Origin: Chrysomallon squamiferum
Taxonomy: Eukaryota; Animalia; Mollusca
DNA: 64,000 bases
Direction of reading: 5' to 3'
Assembly: GCA_012295275.1 (NCBI GenBank)
Contig: CM022665.1
Location: forward strand, 1,674,001-1,738,000
This document shows, in pieces, positions 13,799-26,600 of the stretch (positions are counted from its first letter, which is position 1; every line of letters begins with the position of its first letter). Position numbers and translations under genes: made by a program. Below the pieces are notes generated by a model. The model was not told the origin of the DNA. It did not search any database and saw nothing but the letters and a program-made list of their open reading frames with translations.

Positions 13799-15612
13799 AT
13801 GAGATTTTGTATTTTCCTTCTGTGTCTTTTGGCAACCACAGCTTTCGCCTACAGAATAACAGTCGAAGATGGCGGTATGTCCAGTAATTCTCTTTATTTC
13901 AGAAATTATACTAAAACTATTTCAGCTAAGTCTTAGGTTCTTGTCGATATCAAATCACTTTTTCTTAAAATACTTACGATATTTATCACCAGAGGTTTAA
14001 AGTTAATGTAACATCAACTACAAAGAAATAATTAATGCTAGCGTCAGGATAAGAATTTTTTTACTTCAAAAACGAATTTGTCGTGGATATTTGTACTTAC
14101 ATCTTGTTTTCTATTAATAAGAAGTACTTATCTTTATATGTATATATTTCAAAATGTGTTTATAAGCCGTCCTGTCTTAGATCATCATAAATTTCACGTG
14201 ACTGTTGTTCCTCTTCTAAAACACTTTCATTCATTGATTCCTTCCTATACTGATGTTACAACTGAAATGATGTGTGTGTTTAGAAGACGTTTCCGATGAT
14301 GGTGAAGTAGAGGAATTACTGGAAACACTTTTAGAAGATGTGGATGATTCTGACGACGGTGACGACGACGGAGACGACGACGAAGAATTAATAGAAGACC
14401 TTCTTGAGGCTGCTTTGATTTTGGAACTTGAGGATGGTGATGATGACGATATGGATGATGATGATGATATGATTGATGGTTCCATGGATGAGGATACTTT
14501 GCTAGGTTTTTTGGAAGATATCCTGGGTGACGATGATGAGGATGATGATGATGATATGAATGAAGATGGTTCTATGGATGAGGATTCTTTGCTAGGTTCT
14601 TTGGAAGAACTCTTGGGCGATGATGATGATGGTGATGATGATTTGAGTGGGATGTTGGGTGATGGAGATGATGATGATGACGATGACGATGAATCTCCTG
14701 AAGGCTTGCTCGACCTGTCAGACAACTTGCGACTGTTAGGTAACGTTCTGGCTCAGAGGAAAGAAACCGAGGCTGCCGAGACTCTGATAAAAGCAGCAGA
14801 CACCATTGACAAAATAATTAGCGATGCTGTGCAAGAAATGACCGGGGGAATGGAAGAAGAAATAAACGAAGCCGATGCAGAAAATAAACAGGATATAGAA
14901 GAACAAGCCAAAGAGGCAGTGGAAGAAATTGCTGAAGAAGAAAGTGAAGAATCACAAATTGAAGAGGAATTGAAGAAAGAAGAAGAGTCGAACCCGGAAG
15001 AAGCTAAAAGAGGTATGAAGAAACAGCGGTTTAAATAAAGTATTCAAAGTTAAGCTAAAAACGTTTATTCTAAGTGACAACATTTCATAATTAATTAAAT
15101 GACAAAAACTGAAATACAGTACACCAACAACATTCACCCATTCACCACTCATAAAAAATAAAAAATAATTATAGAAGAAAAACGAAATAGGTAAGTAAGT
15201 AAGTAAATAAGTGAGTAAATAATTAATTAATTATAAATGAAAAACAACAAAACAAAACAAAAAATAAAATAAAAAGACAACAAAACAAAAACAAATGTTA
15301 TAAATGTAACCAATATCACTTGTACCACTGCAACATCAGTTATATCATTCAGTACAAGTAAAAACAAAAATAATGTAAATAAATAAATGAAAAACAAAAC
15401 ATAGCAATGAAACTAAAAACAAAACAAAAACAAATACTATATTGTAAATGTATTATTTGTACCTCTACCACATTAACTATCTATACTACAAGATCTATAA
15501 TTACTATCGGTAATAATACATGCAGTTGTTGTTGTTATATTTTGTTTCAGATGCACATCAGGGGACAACATGTCGTCCTCGACAACGTCGCAGTACCACA
15601 CAAAGTCCATAG
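13799..15612 (+). CDS. Secreted, highly acidic Asp/Glu-rich protein (288 aa); candidate shell/biomineral matrix protein
   Basis: Exons 13799-13874 (MRFCIFLLCLLATTAFA-YRITVEDG, signal peptide, G|gtatgt), 14284-15012 (ttag|...AGA G|gtatga) and 15551-15612 (DAHQGTTCRPRQRRSTTQSP*). All junctions are phase 1 and in frame; total 867 nt. AATAAA at 15675-15680. Confidence 0.88.
14460..14635 (+). repeat. Two-copy 90-nt coding tandem repeat within the acidic protein
   Basis: atggatgaggat(a/t)ctttgctaggtt recurs at 14484 and 14574, encoding DGSMDED(T/S)LLG(F/S)LE(D/E)(I/L)LGDDD. Confidence 0.9.
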
Positions 15613-17085
15613 ATCACGTGAACACACTCACCTTGACCACTGACCAGTGTACTTTTCAATGACGCTGGAAATTTAATAAAGTATATTTTAAAAACAAATC
15701 ACAGTTTTCAGTTTTTAATATTTCACTGTCGTTTCTGTTTCAAGAAGATTATAATCATATAACCTTATAGTACAACAGTGAATAAATATACAGAAATAAT
15801 TACAGTTGTATTGATAACTTTTTGTAGAAGGAACTCAATTTCACAAGATTGTCCATTCGGAACAAGAAATGTTTCCTACAGAAGAAATGACATACCACAA
15901 TATTCGATGGAGCAGGAACTGGTACTGGATGGGACGGGGAAAATAGTCAATATACAGGCGAAGAATGATCGGTCATACACATCATATACTTGTAACTAAA
16001 ATTACTGAATGTGTTGAAACAAAATAAGAAAAAAAAGAGAAACCTTAAAAAATTGAGAATAAGTTAAATCTTAGCAAATCGACCATGATTTGAACAAAGG
16101 ACTCCAGTATGCATATCTGTTTTTTAAAAAAATGAAGGAAAGGTTTCAAAAAGTCTGTTGATGATGACCCAGCGTGCAGCGATGTCTGCACGACTGTAAA
16201 CAAGTTGATGCCAGGATAACGAATTCTGACGTAACAGATGTTTTCATGAATTTCAAGTGTAAAATTAAAATTGTATTGTGCTAAAACTATTTATTATATC
16301 AAAATATATCTGTATCGGAAGAAAAGAAAAAAAAAAAAAAAAAAAAAAAAAAAAGAAAAGTAAGACAGAAAAAAGTAAATATACATTATACGAAATTTGT
16401 ATTATTACCTGCGAATAATTTTAATTTTTCATCTAGTAGCTTTTTTCATCAGTATACTGAAAAAATATATATTATATTTTCTCCTTTATTTTATATATGC
16501 GTATCTGTTTAACCTACACACCATTCCTTCACTTGAATTCTATTAAAAGGCTCACCTTATTTTTCTAAATGTGATGTTAAAAACGAAAAAAGAAACGTCA
16601 GACGAATTCCAGCCGCTGTCAACACAGTCATGATGACAAACAAAGATACTGACACTAATGTTCATATATAAAAATATCTGCAAAAAATCCTTTGGAAACA
16701 TACCTAAATGAAAATGTACTTGAATATATGTGTGTGTGTGTGTGCGTGTGCGTGTGTGTGTGTTATCATAATTTGTAATATTCCTTTTCTTGAAACAAAA
16801 ACAAAAATCTTTGAGTTTCTGTACTGTTTTCAGTATATAATCAAGGAAGCTCAGTGAAGTAATTAGATCAGACCATTTAACCGAATATGGCTTTGTTCGT
16901 CATGTTATTTCATCCTTTTAATAATTTTTAATATACATGTACATATATGTGTATGTATATTTTATTGATTTTACTGGTTTTTTGTGAATTATCACAAGGG
17001 AAAGAAAACACTTGAGATCATCACAGAGAAATTTTGTTTATTTTACATATTTTTTAATTTGTGAAACAGCATATATAATATCTAT

Positions 17086-17326
17086 GTTACCATGTAACAC
17101 TGAAGAATATCTAATACAATATAATATTAAGAATATATATATTTATTTATTTATTTATTTATTTATTTATATTCTGTTTTTTTTAATTAGATATTTTAAA
17201 ATAAAACTATTTACAGATATTTTGTGTTCTGTATCTATGGTAACTGTTCCCCAAGATTACTCATTTTTAAGTATGAGGTATTCCGTATTAGCCACTCTTA
17301 TGTTGGGTGACATCCTCATCATGCAG
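17086..17326 (+). promoter_or_regulatory. Two RFX X-box-like motifs and a downstream candidate splice donor
   Basis: GTTACCATGTAAC at 17086-17098 and GTATCTATGGTAAC at 17231-17244 resemble the GTTNCCATGGNAAC consensus; CAG|gtaact at 17326/17327. Confidence 0.4.
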
Positions 17327-18939
17327 GTAACTTGCTGATGCTGCAATTTAACGTACACTTTATTAAAAGAATAATGATAATTAGAAAATAATAAGGTTTA
17401 GAAATAATTAATTAAAATTTAAATTTTCATTCAGCAGTGTACGATGCCTAACAATAAACAAAAAATGATTCTGAAAACTTATTTTCTACTTATTAATAAG
17501 TGTTCGTAATGAAAACAAACAATGAAAAGGTTTGAAAAATAATTTTTATTTCATTTAATAACAATTATTCGCAGAAAATACTAAATACAATTAACAAAAT
17601 GTTTTAAAAAATAATTCTTATTTCACATTTAATATTTAGAGTAAATAGTGAAAACAAATAACAAAATACTTCCTAAACTCAATCGATTATGTGATTTAAT
17701 TTTTTTACAAAGTTACCTAGTGTTAATCAAATTAAATTATTTCCTATTGTATATTACAGATAATTATTAAATTTAACCATTATTATTATAAATTTAGAAG
17801 CTACAGCCGAACAGTTTTATCAAATGAATGAAATTGCACGGTCTCTTTAAAGTAATAAATATCGGAATTTTAGAAAAGTTCATGCACAGTTTAAAAAATT
17901 TATAATTTCCGATAAGAACCACATAAAACTATTATAAATAATAGAGTAAAAACTCCTACTCCGACCACCTCTATAACTTGACCATCGCTGTAAATGGACA
18001 ATTTTTTCAGTCTTAAATTATTGCTATGATTTAACATTGTATTTTTCTTTTATAACTTTATCACCTCCGAAATCTGTATTTCACTGTGTTATGCCCATGT
18101 TTGTCATCCATATTAACGCATATGTTAATTTAATTAATTGTTTGTCATCCCACCACCGGCCAATCAAAATATAAATTTTGTCATCTTTTTATTACAGGGT
18201 ATGTATTTTAACGTGTACACGTGGGGGTTTTTGTGTGTGTTTTCCCTCCCCTCCATATATGTAGCTGTATTAGCCATTTACAAACATGTATGTATACGTA
18301 TATAATAGCATATTATTCTCCTTTTTTTTTTCTTTTTTTTTTGACATTCAATAACATTTTACAGAGGTTTTACAGTACTAATTCAGTTATTCTTGACCAA
18401 TAATCTGAAAAATAAGTTCGATGTCCTCATTGTGACTTTTAAACTGTCTTAGACTAAAATATTTTGAAACAAGAAAATATTTTCAATAAGCGTAGAATTA
18501 AAAAAGAAATAAAGAAAGCAAGAAAGAAAAGAAAAGGGAAAGGGGGAAAGAAAAAAAAAGAAGAAGAAAGAAAACGACAAACACAAACTGATAGTAAAGT
18601 GGTACCTGCGAACGATCATAGATAAGAACTTGGTTATTTGAAGTGAATGGGTAGTTCAGCACTAGTTACGATATTTTAAATATTAAAATGGTACAGATAA
18701 ATAACTGAAAATAATGTTCAACCAAGAACTCTTTCAATGAGAATTATTTTGGTCAATATACAAATATAATTTGTGAAATTAAAACATAACGAAAACGCCA
18801 TACACTAAGCAACATTTTATACCATCTATCTATTTAATGGAAATCGTAGGTAAGTAAATTTAATCGTTAGACAGTCAGAATTGGGTAGTTTACCTAATTT
18901 CATGACAGATAGTATGCATCATAGTTTTTCCTACATTTT

Positions 18940-19395
18940 ATCCAATAAAGTCAGTGTATCTTATTGGGGGCCCAGCCATATTTAGGCCTACATCAAGGGC
19001 AGTGAAAAAGGCAAATTCAATTGCCAATTCTTGCTTTGGATTTGCCTTATGTCAAGATTGGTTTGTTTTATACTGATTTAAAATGTAGTATCAGACGGTG
19101 CAGATGTGAACAAACTTCGTCTTACAAAACATGTTTTGGGAGAGTCGCAGTTCTTCTACCGAGAGTGAAGGAAGGATGAAAGTGCTGTGTAGTGCTCGCA
19201 CCTTCTTGAAATATGTATTCATCTTGAAACATTCTCCACTTCAGTGTGAGCAGTGTCAGTGTTCTCTGAAGGTACGCCACATTTTGGTGGAGTGCAATCG
19301 TCTCAAAGAAACTAGAAAATATTTTTTTGGTCAAAGATATGTGATGGAATTATTTCGAATCCATCCAGAACTTACATTAGTTTCTACGTGATTTT
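18940..19395 (+). mobile_element. Degenerate non-LTR retrotransposon fragment (I-group LINE ORF2 C-terminus: RNase H end plus CCHC knuckle)
   Basis: Frameshifted translation W(G)PSHI..GSEK.(A)NSIA..ALDLPYVKIGLFYTDLK (RNase H WVPSHxGIxGNExAD-like), then NKL...VLGE...RKDE.VLCSAR, then PLQCEQCQCSLKVRHILVEC (C-x2-C...H-x4-C). Confidence 0.8.
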
Positions 19396-19427
19396 GACTT
19401 TTGTTCACAGTATCTGTCTGTAGCATG

Positions 19428-20013
19428 GACCAATAGGAACGATTACTCGTAACGGCACAAATTACGTCACGGAAAAAAGCCTCATGAAATTTCGCTGATT
19501 TAATGTTCTTTTCTGCTGTGTTCTGACTGGGGAACACTTACAACTACAAAAGTTAATACATAAATCTTTTACCGAATTATAATTTCAGTTTATTATGCAC
19601 GCATTTGCGCAAAAATAATCCAGTTTGAAAGGTTTGATTAAGTTGAAAACGTACTTACGAAAGGCGCGCGACATCATGATTTGTTAATATGGACAACCAG
19701 CCTTATCTTTATCAGTGTAAATCATAAAAAGTTCAGAAAACAAACGTGAAATAACTGAATTTGGAAGTTTCAAAATTTCCATCAGCTCACTGGAAGCTCA
19801 CGAAATCCAAGATGGCAGCGTCGAACGCCGATTAGTGTTTACAAACTTTTAAATACGTATGCCTTCATAATGCAATCAATTCTTCGTGGACTTTTAAAAG
19901 TAATTTGGGGGAATGTGTCATTTAATCAATGCCTCATGTACACAGATGTCTATTACTGAGTAGGAATTGCTGCAAAGGTCGAAACCTTTTTTTTTTTTGT
20001 AACTTTGACGTCA
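19428..20013. promoter_or_regulatory. CpG-rich promoter-like segment
   Basis: CCAAT near 19428, TTACGTCA 19462-19469, GGCGCGCG 19663-19670, YY1-like CAAGATGGCAGC 19808-19819, CRE TGACGTCA 20006-20013. Could instead be repeat-derived. Confidence 0.4.
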
Positions 20014-20081
20014 TACCATCTCGTACAGGTTTCGTACTATATATTTTTTTTCAGATATTATTACGTCTCCAGCCAAAAAAA

Positions 20082-20087
20082 AAATAA

Positions 20088-20131
<44 letters not shown>

Positions 20132-20202
20132 TAAAAAATAAAATAAAATAAAATAAATAAAAATAATAATAAAATAAAATAAAATAAAATAAAATAAAAT
20201 AA
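20082..20202. repeat. (AAT)n/(AAAAT)n microsatellite
   Basis: Directly visible; source of the Phe/Ile-rich ORF 20011-20274. Confidence 0.9.
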
Positions 20203-20756
20203 ATACTTTTCACAGACACTGACTATTCTCATTAGGTACCATAATGTGGACACGTTACACTGCTGAAATTCCATAGCGGGCAGTTCTAAGTACGTGGCTG
20301 AAAAACGGTACTTGAAACCGTTATAATTCTTCTCATTTTATTTAAAAAAAAAAAAAAAAAAATAATATTTCCGCTATCAGTCCATTAAAGGTCTTATTAC
20401 ATGTAAAAAGCAAATTGTTCACGTGTTATTTGAATGACAGCCTTGATACATTCATGATAACGCTTAATGCAGTTTTACAACAGAAAACAATAAAAAAAAA
20501 AAAAAAAAAAAAAAAGGTTCGTAAAACAGCCGTATATAAAAAAAATGGTTACAAATTACATTTTCACTCATTTTCGTTAAAACAAAAAACATGTACTATT
20601 ATGTATGCAAACAATGAATTTCCTATTTTTGTTTTTAAAAAATGATTGGTCCATTCTACTGTCTCTGATATTTTAACTGTAAAAATGTTATATTACGTTT
20701 AAAAATCACTATAAATAAATAAAATAATAAAAATAAATAAATAAATAAATAAATAA

Positions 20757-20794
<38 letters not shown>

Positions 20795-20796
<2 letters not shown>

Positions 20797-20872
20797 TTTA
20801 CCATAGTTTGACATCAGTAGTCGATTTATTTTGTTTGTGCTGGGATGTCCTTAAACATTCATTTATTCATTC
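20795..20872 (+). mobile_element. Retroposon-like 3' tail remnant ending in (CATT)n, copy 1
   Basis: tttgaca..tag.cga......gtgctgggatgtccttaaacattcatttattcattc; similar sequences at ~24330 and ~30236. Confidence 0.55.
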
Positions 20873-21074
20873 CTTCACGGTTTATAATATGATAAATTAG
20901 AAATGATTAGTCATATCTTATATTGCACTATAAAAATATTTCTTCTCATCAGTAGCCCAAACTAGCACGTTTATTTTAAAAGCAGCCTTTAAAATTTTGC
21001 AAATAGCGAAATTTCAAATTTAGTAGCGCTACAATCCTCAGGCATTGCGTGTTTCTGTTTGATTTCCCTGTTTT

Positions 21075-21118
21075 TGACGTCACCTTTTCAGTTTAGATGA
21101 TGACGTCAAATATAAAAA
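21075..21118 (+). promoter_or_regulatory. Tandem perfect CRE palindromes with an adjacent TATA-like element
   Basis: TGACGTCA at 21075-21082 and 21101-21108, followed by TATAAAA. Lies upstream of a candidate 5' exon ending AAG|gtatgc at 21518. Confidence 0.55.
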
Positions 21119-22186
21119 AATGCTAATAACTATAATTTTTACATCAGTTCATTTTTTCCTTTTTTATTTTATTCTCCTCCTCCTTTTCTCTGTCCTTCTG
21201 TCTCTCTATTTATTTATTTATTTATTACTTTTATTATTATTATTTATATTTTTGATATTTGATTCTGCTTTAAAGGTTTATTCATATTCTCTTTACTGGT
21301 TGAAAAATCCGAAACGTATTTCAAACCTGCAAAAAGAAAGAAAAAGAAAGAGCAATCATTTCTGGTAGAATTGAATTTTAGTCTCGCTGATTTAAACTGT
21401 GTGATAAACAAATATACAATATACAGTATCGATGTTTTTGGCGAGTCGACAAATCACTTTCATTATGCGCGTTTTAACCAGAATTATGAAAGAAAAACAG
21501 GAAGAAAGGATCTTCAAGGTATGCCATTTTTTTTTCTTTTCTTTTTTTCTTTTTTTTTTTAAATATTTTAAATAATAATAAAAATACTAATAGTAATAAT
21601 AATAATAATAATAAAGTATAATGGGAAATCATGTTCTTGTCATTATCCTCCTTATAGTGAAAACATTTTGATAAGGGAATCTAACGGATTTATAATTTTT
21701 ATTTTTTATTTTTTATTTTTTTTAAAGAAGATTAATTTCGAATGTAGTGGCAGGAATAGATTTATATACTTAAGTTAAGCAAAATACATTAACCAGTTCA
21801 TATATTTATCTCTTTGATAATCATTCTTCTAAGCAGTCTGGAGAAAACAGATAAATGAATTTTTTTTAAATAAGAAATTAATAAAATTGTGCACTGAATT
21901 ATTGAAAATAGATGTTGTAAAATATTATCATTATTATTATAGTCATCATCATCATCATCATTAATAATATAAACAAGAAAAGATGTATGTATTAAATCTT
22001 GAACTGGATTTATCTTCTATAGTTTATGCAATGTTTGGTTTTCAGATGTATTTACACTAAATCAAGAAGAAGCAGAAGCGAATAACAATAGAGAAAGGCT
22101 TGTCATTATGCTTACTACCAAACTAAATATTTGAACATTCAAATGTGTATTGTGCATCAAAGACTGACATGTTTATGCAGCACACA

Positions 22187-22189
22187 CAG

Positions 22190-22246
<57 letters not shown>
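22187..22246. repeat. (CA)n(GA)n microsatellite
   Basis: Directly visible. Confidence 0.9.
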
Positions 22247-22249
<3 letters not shown>

Positions 22250-23106
22250 ACACACAAACACATATATGGGACTGTGTAGAGTGATAATAGGTATCATGAC
22301 AAAAGAGCTGGGATGGTGATGTGTGTCAAATGGAGCAAAACCCCTCAAAGCACCAGCCTTTTAGCAGTTTCATCTGCCACAAAATTAATATATTGTTTTA
22401 ATAATTATATAACATCCTCTGAATTTAATTATTCAGTAGCTTTTTACAAATTCATTAAAACATTTAAAGGAGATACAGTCAACTTATTGTATTTGTTTAT
22501 ATTGATCAAATGCATTTCAGCATTACATAAATATGTAAATTATACGCTAAAGTCACAATCTGTCAGAACAAAAGGATGACAGATTTTGGCCATATTACAT
22601 TTTAATAATGCAGTAGTTTTGATACTGTGCGTTCTTCTTGGTCAGCAGATGCTGAAAATGCTTGTGATTGAGATTATGAGCATGCAGTAAGTTTATTGAC
22701 TCCAACATGACATTCAGTATATTTGGCATTTGATTACTGAAACTTTAACATAAATAATAATAAAATTGAAACTTGGTTCACATTTTTTAAAGGAAATATA
22801 CCAAATAAAATAATATTTTGTTCTGAAAGGTCATTCAGTGTTAAAGCACCCAGAGGCTTTAACTCCACCAGCTTTAATTTCAGCTAGCAGTATATAAAAA
22901 TAGTAAATGTTGAAGATCAAGTCAGTCAGTCCTGTAACATGGCCAGTCCATTCTTCAAACATCTGTTCCTTCTGTTACCGCTACAATTTCTGTTAACACT
23001 AACACTAACACTTTTTTAATCACAGTCTTATTTCATAATATAATGTGTATTTAAATTTCTTTTTTCATCAGATAAAAAGTTTCCACTTTTCAATACAGCT
23101 GATAAA

Positions 23107-23568
23107 ATGGCTAAATCTGGACCATCAGATTATGATCAAAGATCTGTGTCAACAAAGTCAGGCTCTTCATATACTCAAATACAGGATCATAGACAGAGGT
23201 CAAGCATTGATTCTTCAAGTACCAGAAGTGATAAAAATGGTTCAGTCAGGAATGTGAGATCCAGAAAATTGTCAAAGATTCATAGCAAATCAAAGCATTT
23301 TCTTATAAATGAAAAAAAATCCTCTAAGCACAGAGTCATAGAAAATAGAATACCAGAAATGACTATAATTCCAATTACACCTGAACCTGAAGATGCATTG
23401 CCACAAGCAGCCATATTTGATCTGGAAAAAATGAAGACCCAAAGAATGAAAGAAAAGATTTTAAGAGAATTACAAGAGATAAAGGAACGTGTACAAAAGG
23501 TATTCATACAAATATACTAAAACACATACATATGTATACAAACATACATACATACATACATACATACA

Positions 23569-23602
<34 letters not shown>

Positions 23603-26600
23603 AAATGATTAGTTCCTAGATACTCTGGTTTAGTTTTGGAATCAAATGGAAGTTTTGTGTTTGCTAAGTTTTGTTATTATCCTTTTCTTTTATCTTTTGA
23701 TAACACTTAATAAAGTGTTTTTGGCCTTCTCAAGAAATATTTGGCATTAAATTAAATGCATTTTTTTCTTCATTAGATTGTAATTAATAATGTAATTTAG
23801 TTTTTTAAATTGTTTCAGCACCTGCCACATACTCATACAGACACATGCATAACTACACACAGATATATATGTATATATGTAAATATATTTTGTCTTTAAG
23901 GCTTTGATCATTGGTGGATATGACAAAGATGAAGATGAAGAAGAGGAGGACACAGGTTTTGATGAAGTGTGTTAATCTTATATAAGGAAAGAAAAGCATA
24001 TTTTGTATTTAGCAATGCACAAATTTTACTTACAGTTGATTTTATGTATTCATGGGCGTAACTACACTGTAACTGCTTGGTGATTAAGTGATTTTGCATT
24101 ATTTCAAAAAGAGTCTAGTTACGGCCATGGTATTAGACATATGATTAGTAATTACTCAGAGAATGAGAGACGAAACTCTCTATTACAACTTCAGTTTGAA
24201 TTTTGTTTAATGTTTCAGTCAGTTTCCTGATGCATTAAAATAATAAATGCATTATGGATGATCATATTGTGAGGACTGGCATAGTGGCAAGTTCTACATG
24301 TTGTTTCTTTCCAATGTTATTTTAATAAGTTTCACACCTCTGACACCCAATAACTGATCTTCTTTTCATGCTGAGGTGTCATTAAACATTCACTCAGTCC
24401 TATGTAATGAGCAGATGGGAAAAAAAGAGTTCTAATATCACTGTGCCAAAATTAATTGAGAGAAACAAACAAAAGATCCTTTGTATTTGTTAGTAAGCCA
24501 TTTAACAATATACACATTACAAAATACACCCAGAACATGCATGATGTATAACTGTATAAATAAGAATGCACTTTTGATTTAGTCAGATTAAATGGTAAAA
24601 TATGTCTAGTCATTTACTGGCAATCAGATTTAAAATGCAAAATCTGCAGTCATCAGTGAACATGCTTGATAATATAGATTCTACAGAAACAAGTGTATAC
24701 ATTAGTAATAATTATTATTACTAAACAGTATAATAGTGTAGAATAACCATTTGTAATAGTTTCTTCCCTTTAAGTAATCTGATTATGATGACTGATACAC
24801 AAACGTGAGAGATTTTATTTGCAGATAGTTCCTTCAGTGTATGGTAAAAGTAAACTACTGATGAAAATTCGGAGACTCCAGGTTAGTTTCATTTTTACTT
24901 TCATACCAAGTAAACTGAGAACAAATTTTAATGTTAATAATTACAACTATGGAGGTTTTATCTGAAAAATGTTGAGTGGGTGTCTTTATATTACAAATGT
25001 TAACTATAAAGAAGAGAATGCTTTTCAATGTAGGAGTTATAATAAAGATAATTAAATTCATTTTTCTTTCTTTCATTTTTTTTTTTTTTAATCGTAAAAA
25101 TTATAATAAAAACATTATTTGTTATTTTTATGATGTTTAAATATTTTATAATTATTTATTACAATTAAAGATACATTTTCTTCATCCCATTCAATTGTTA
25201 TGTAACTGAAATTGAAAAATTCACAATGAAATAGAATGAACAACTTATTAACAGTTTTTTGTCTATTATTATTTTTAATAATAAAAATAAAATAGCATAA
25301 TAATAATAATAATAAAGAGCATTTTATTGTAAAGATTTTTCATCTTGTCTAAATCTTGTAACTCTAGTTCTCACAGCATCTCAAATTTAACTGCAAATCT
25401 AAACCTAATGTTTCAATAACAAAATTTTAATCTTTACTGAAGGGGATGCCTGAGCAATATTTTACTTCTTAAATTTTCCTTTTTGTTGTATTTTTATTAT
25501 TTTAAAGTAGACCTTGTAGGAAATCAAACAATTCATTATCTATACTTCCTTGTTACTGTTGCTTTACAGCACTAAAGGTACAAAAGGGTAGCATCTGCGA
25601 AATTACAACAATTCATTTTTCTTTTTCTTTTAACTGTTTTGTCCTATTCTGAAGTAAACTTCTTGATATTTCTTGATTATTATTTTATTGAAAGGAAATA
25701 ATACTGCCAAAGAATTTTACAACACCACCATCTTATCTTCACAGCTGTAGCTGTGATGTCATCAGGTACAGACTAAGTCTTAATATTTTGTTACAACACT
25801 AGTAAAAAAAAAGAGAGCAAACAGGTCCATCCTATACCTGATGACATCATGGCTACAGGGACATGCCAGACATTTTTACATTGTACTCATTTTTTTTTTT
25901 TTTTTTAATTTTTTTTTTTTTTTAATTTGTTATTAAGTTTGGAAGACAAGAAACAAAGTACAACTTAGAATTATGCAGAATATATTTAAACTTTTCTTGT
26001 ATGACTAGAGATATACTTAGTTACATCAGTTTAATTTCCTAAATTATCCACCTGAGCTGCCACTGAAAATGAAATTGCACATTTAATATTAATACTCATC
26101 TAATTTTAAAGTATGAGATTAATTTAGATTTTAATAATTATTATTTCAGAAAAAAGACAGAAATACTCTGATCGAAGATCTGGATCACTGCATAGAAAAT
26201 TCCTTCAAGCGAGTTCAGAATATTTCTGATATATATGACTGGATTGAAATTGAACAGAGAGATTTAGTAAGTCACAAATACCATTGTTTCACACACACAC
26301 ACAAACAAACAAAATTCAGTCATTTTAATTTCAGCAGCTGTCGGATAAAATTGTGAATATTTTTTTGCAGTTTGTTGAAAACTTACTATTTCAAGATGGC
26401 TAAACAGTATTCTTCTGCTATATAACATATTATAAAAACAACCATATATTTCTTAATACAGTAACAGTTACTTACAGAAATGTAAAAATATTTTCAAAAA
26501 ACAAAAACAAAAAGAATATTAATAAAAATAAAATATAATTAAACTATTTTTGCAAATGTGACATTCCATCAAATTGACAAACTGTTTTTCATGGTATCCA

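Noticed and set aside
14231-14725. Poly-Ser antisense ORF
   Set aside because: Shadow of GAT/GAC Asp codons on the plus strand; the plus frame has the signal peptide and splice support.
17940-18090. Possible MITE-like end (ccgaccacctctataac..., echoed near 11585 and 26840)
   Set aside because: No matching terminal inverted repeat or target-site duplication found; similarity too short.
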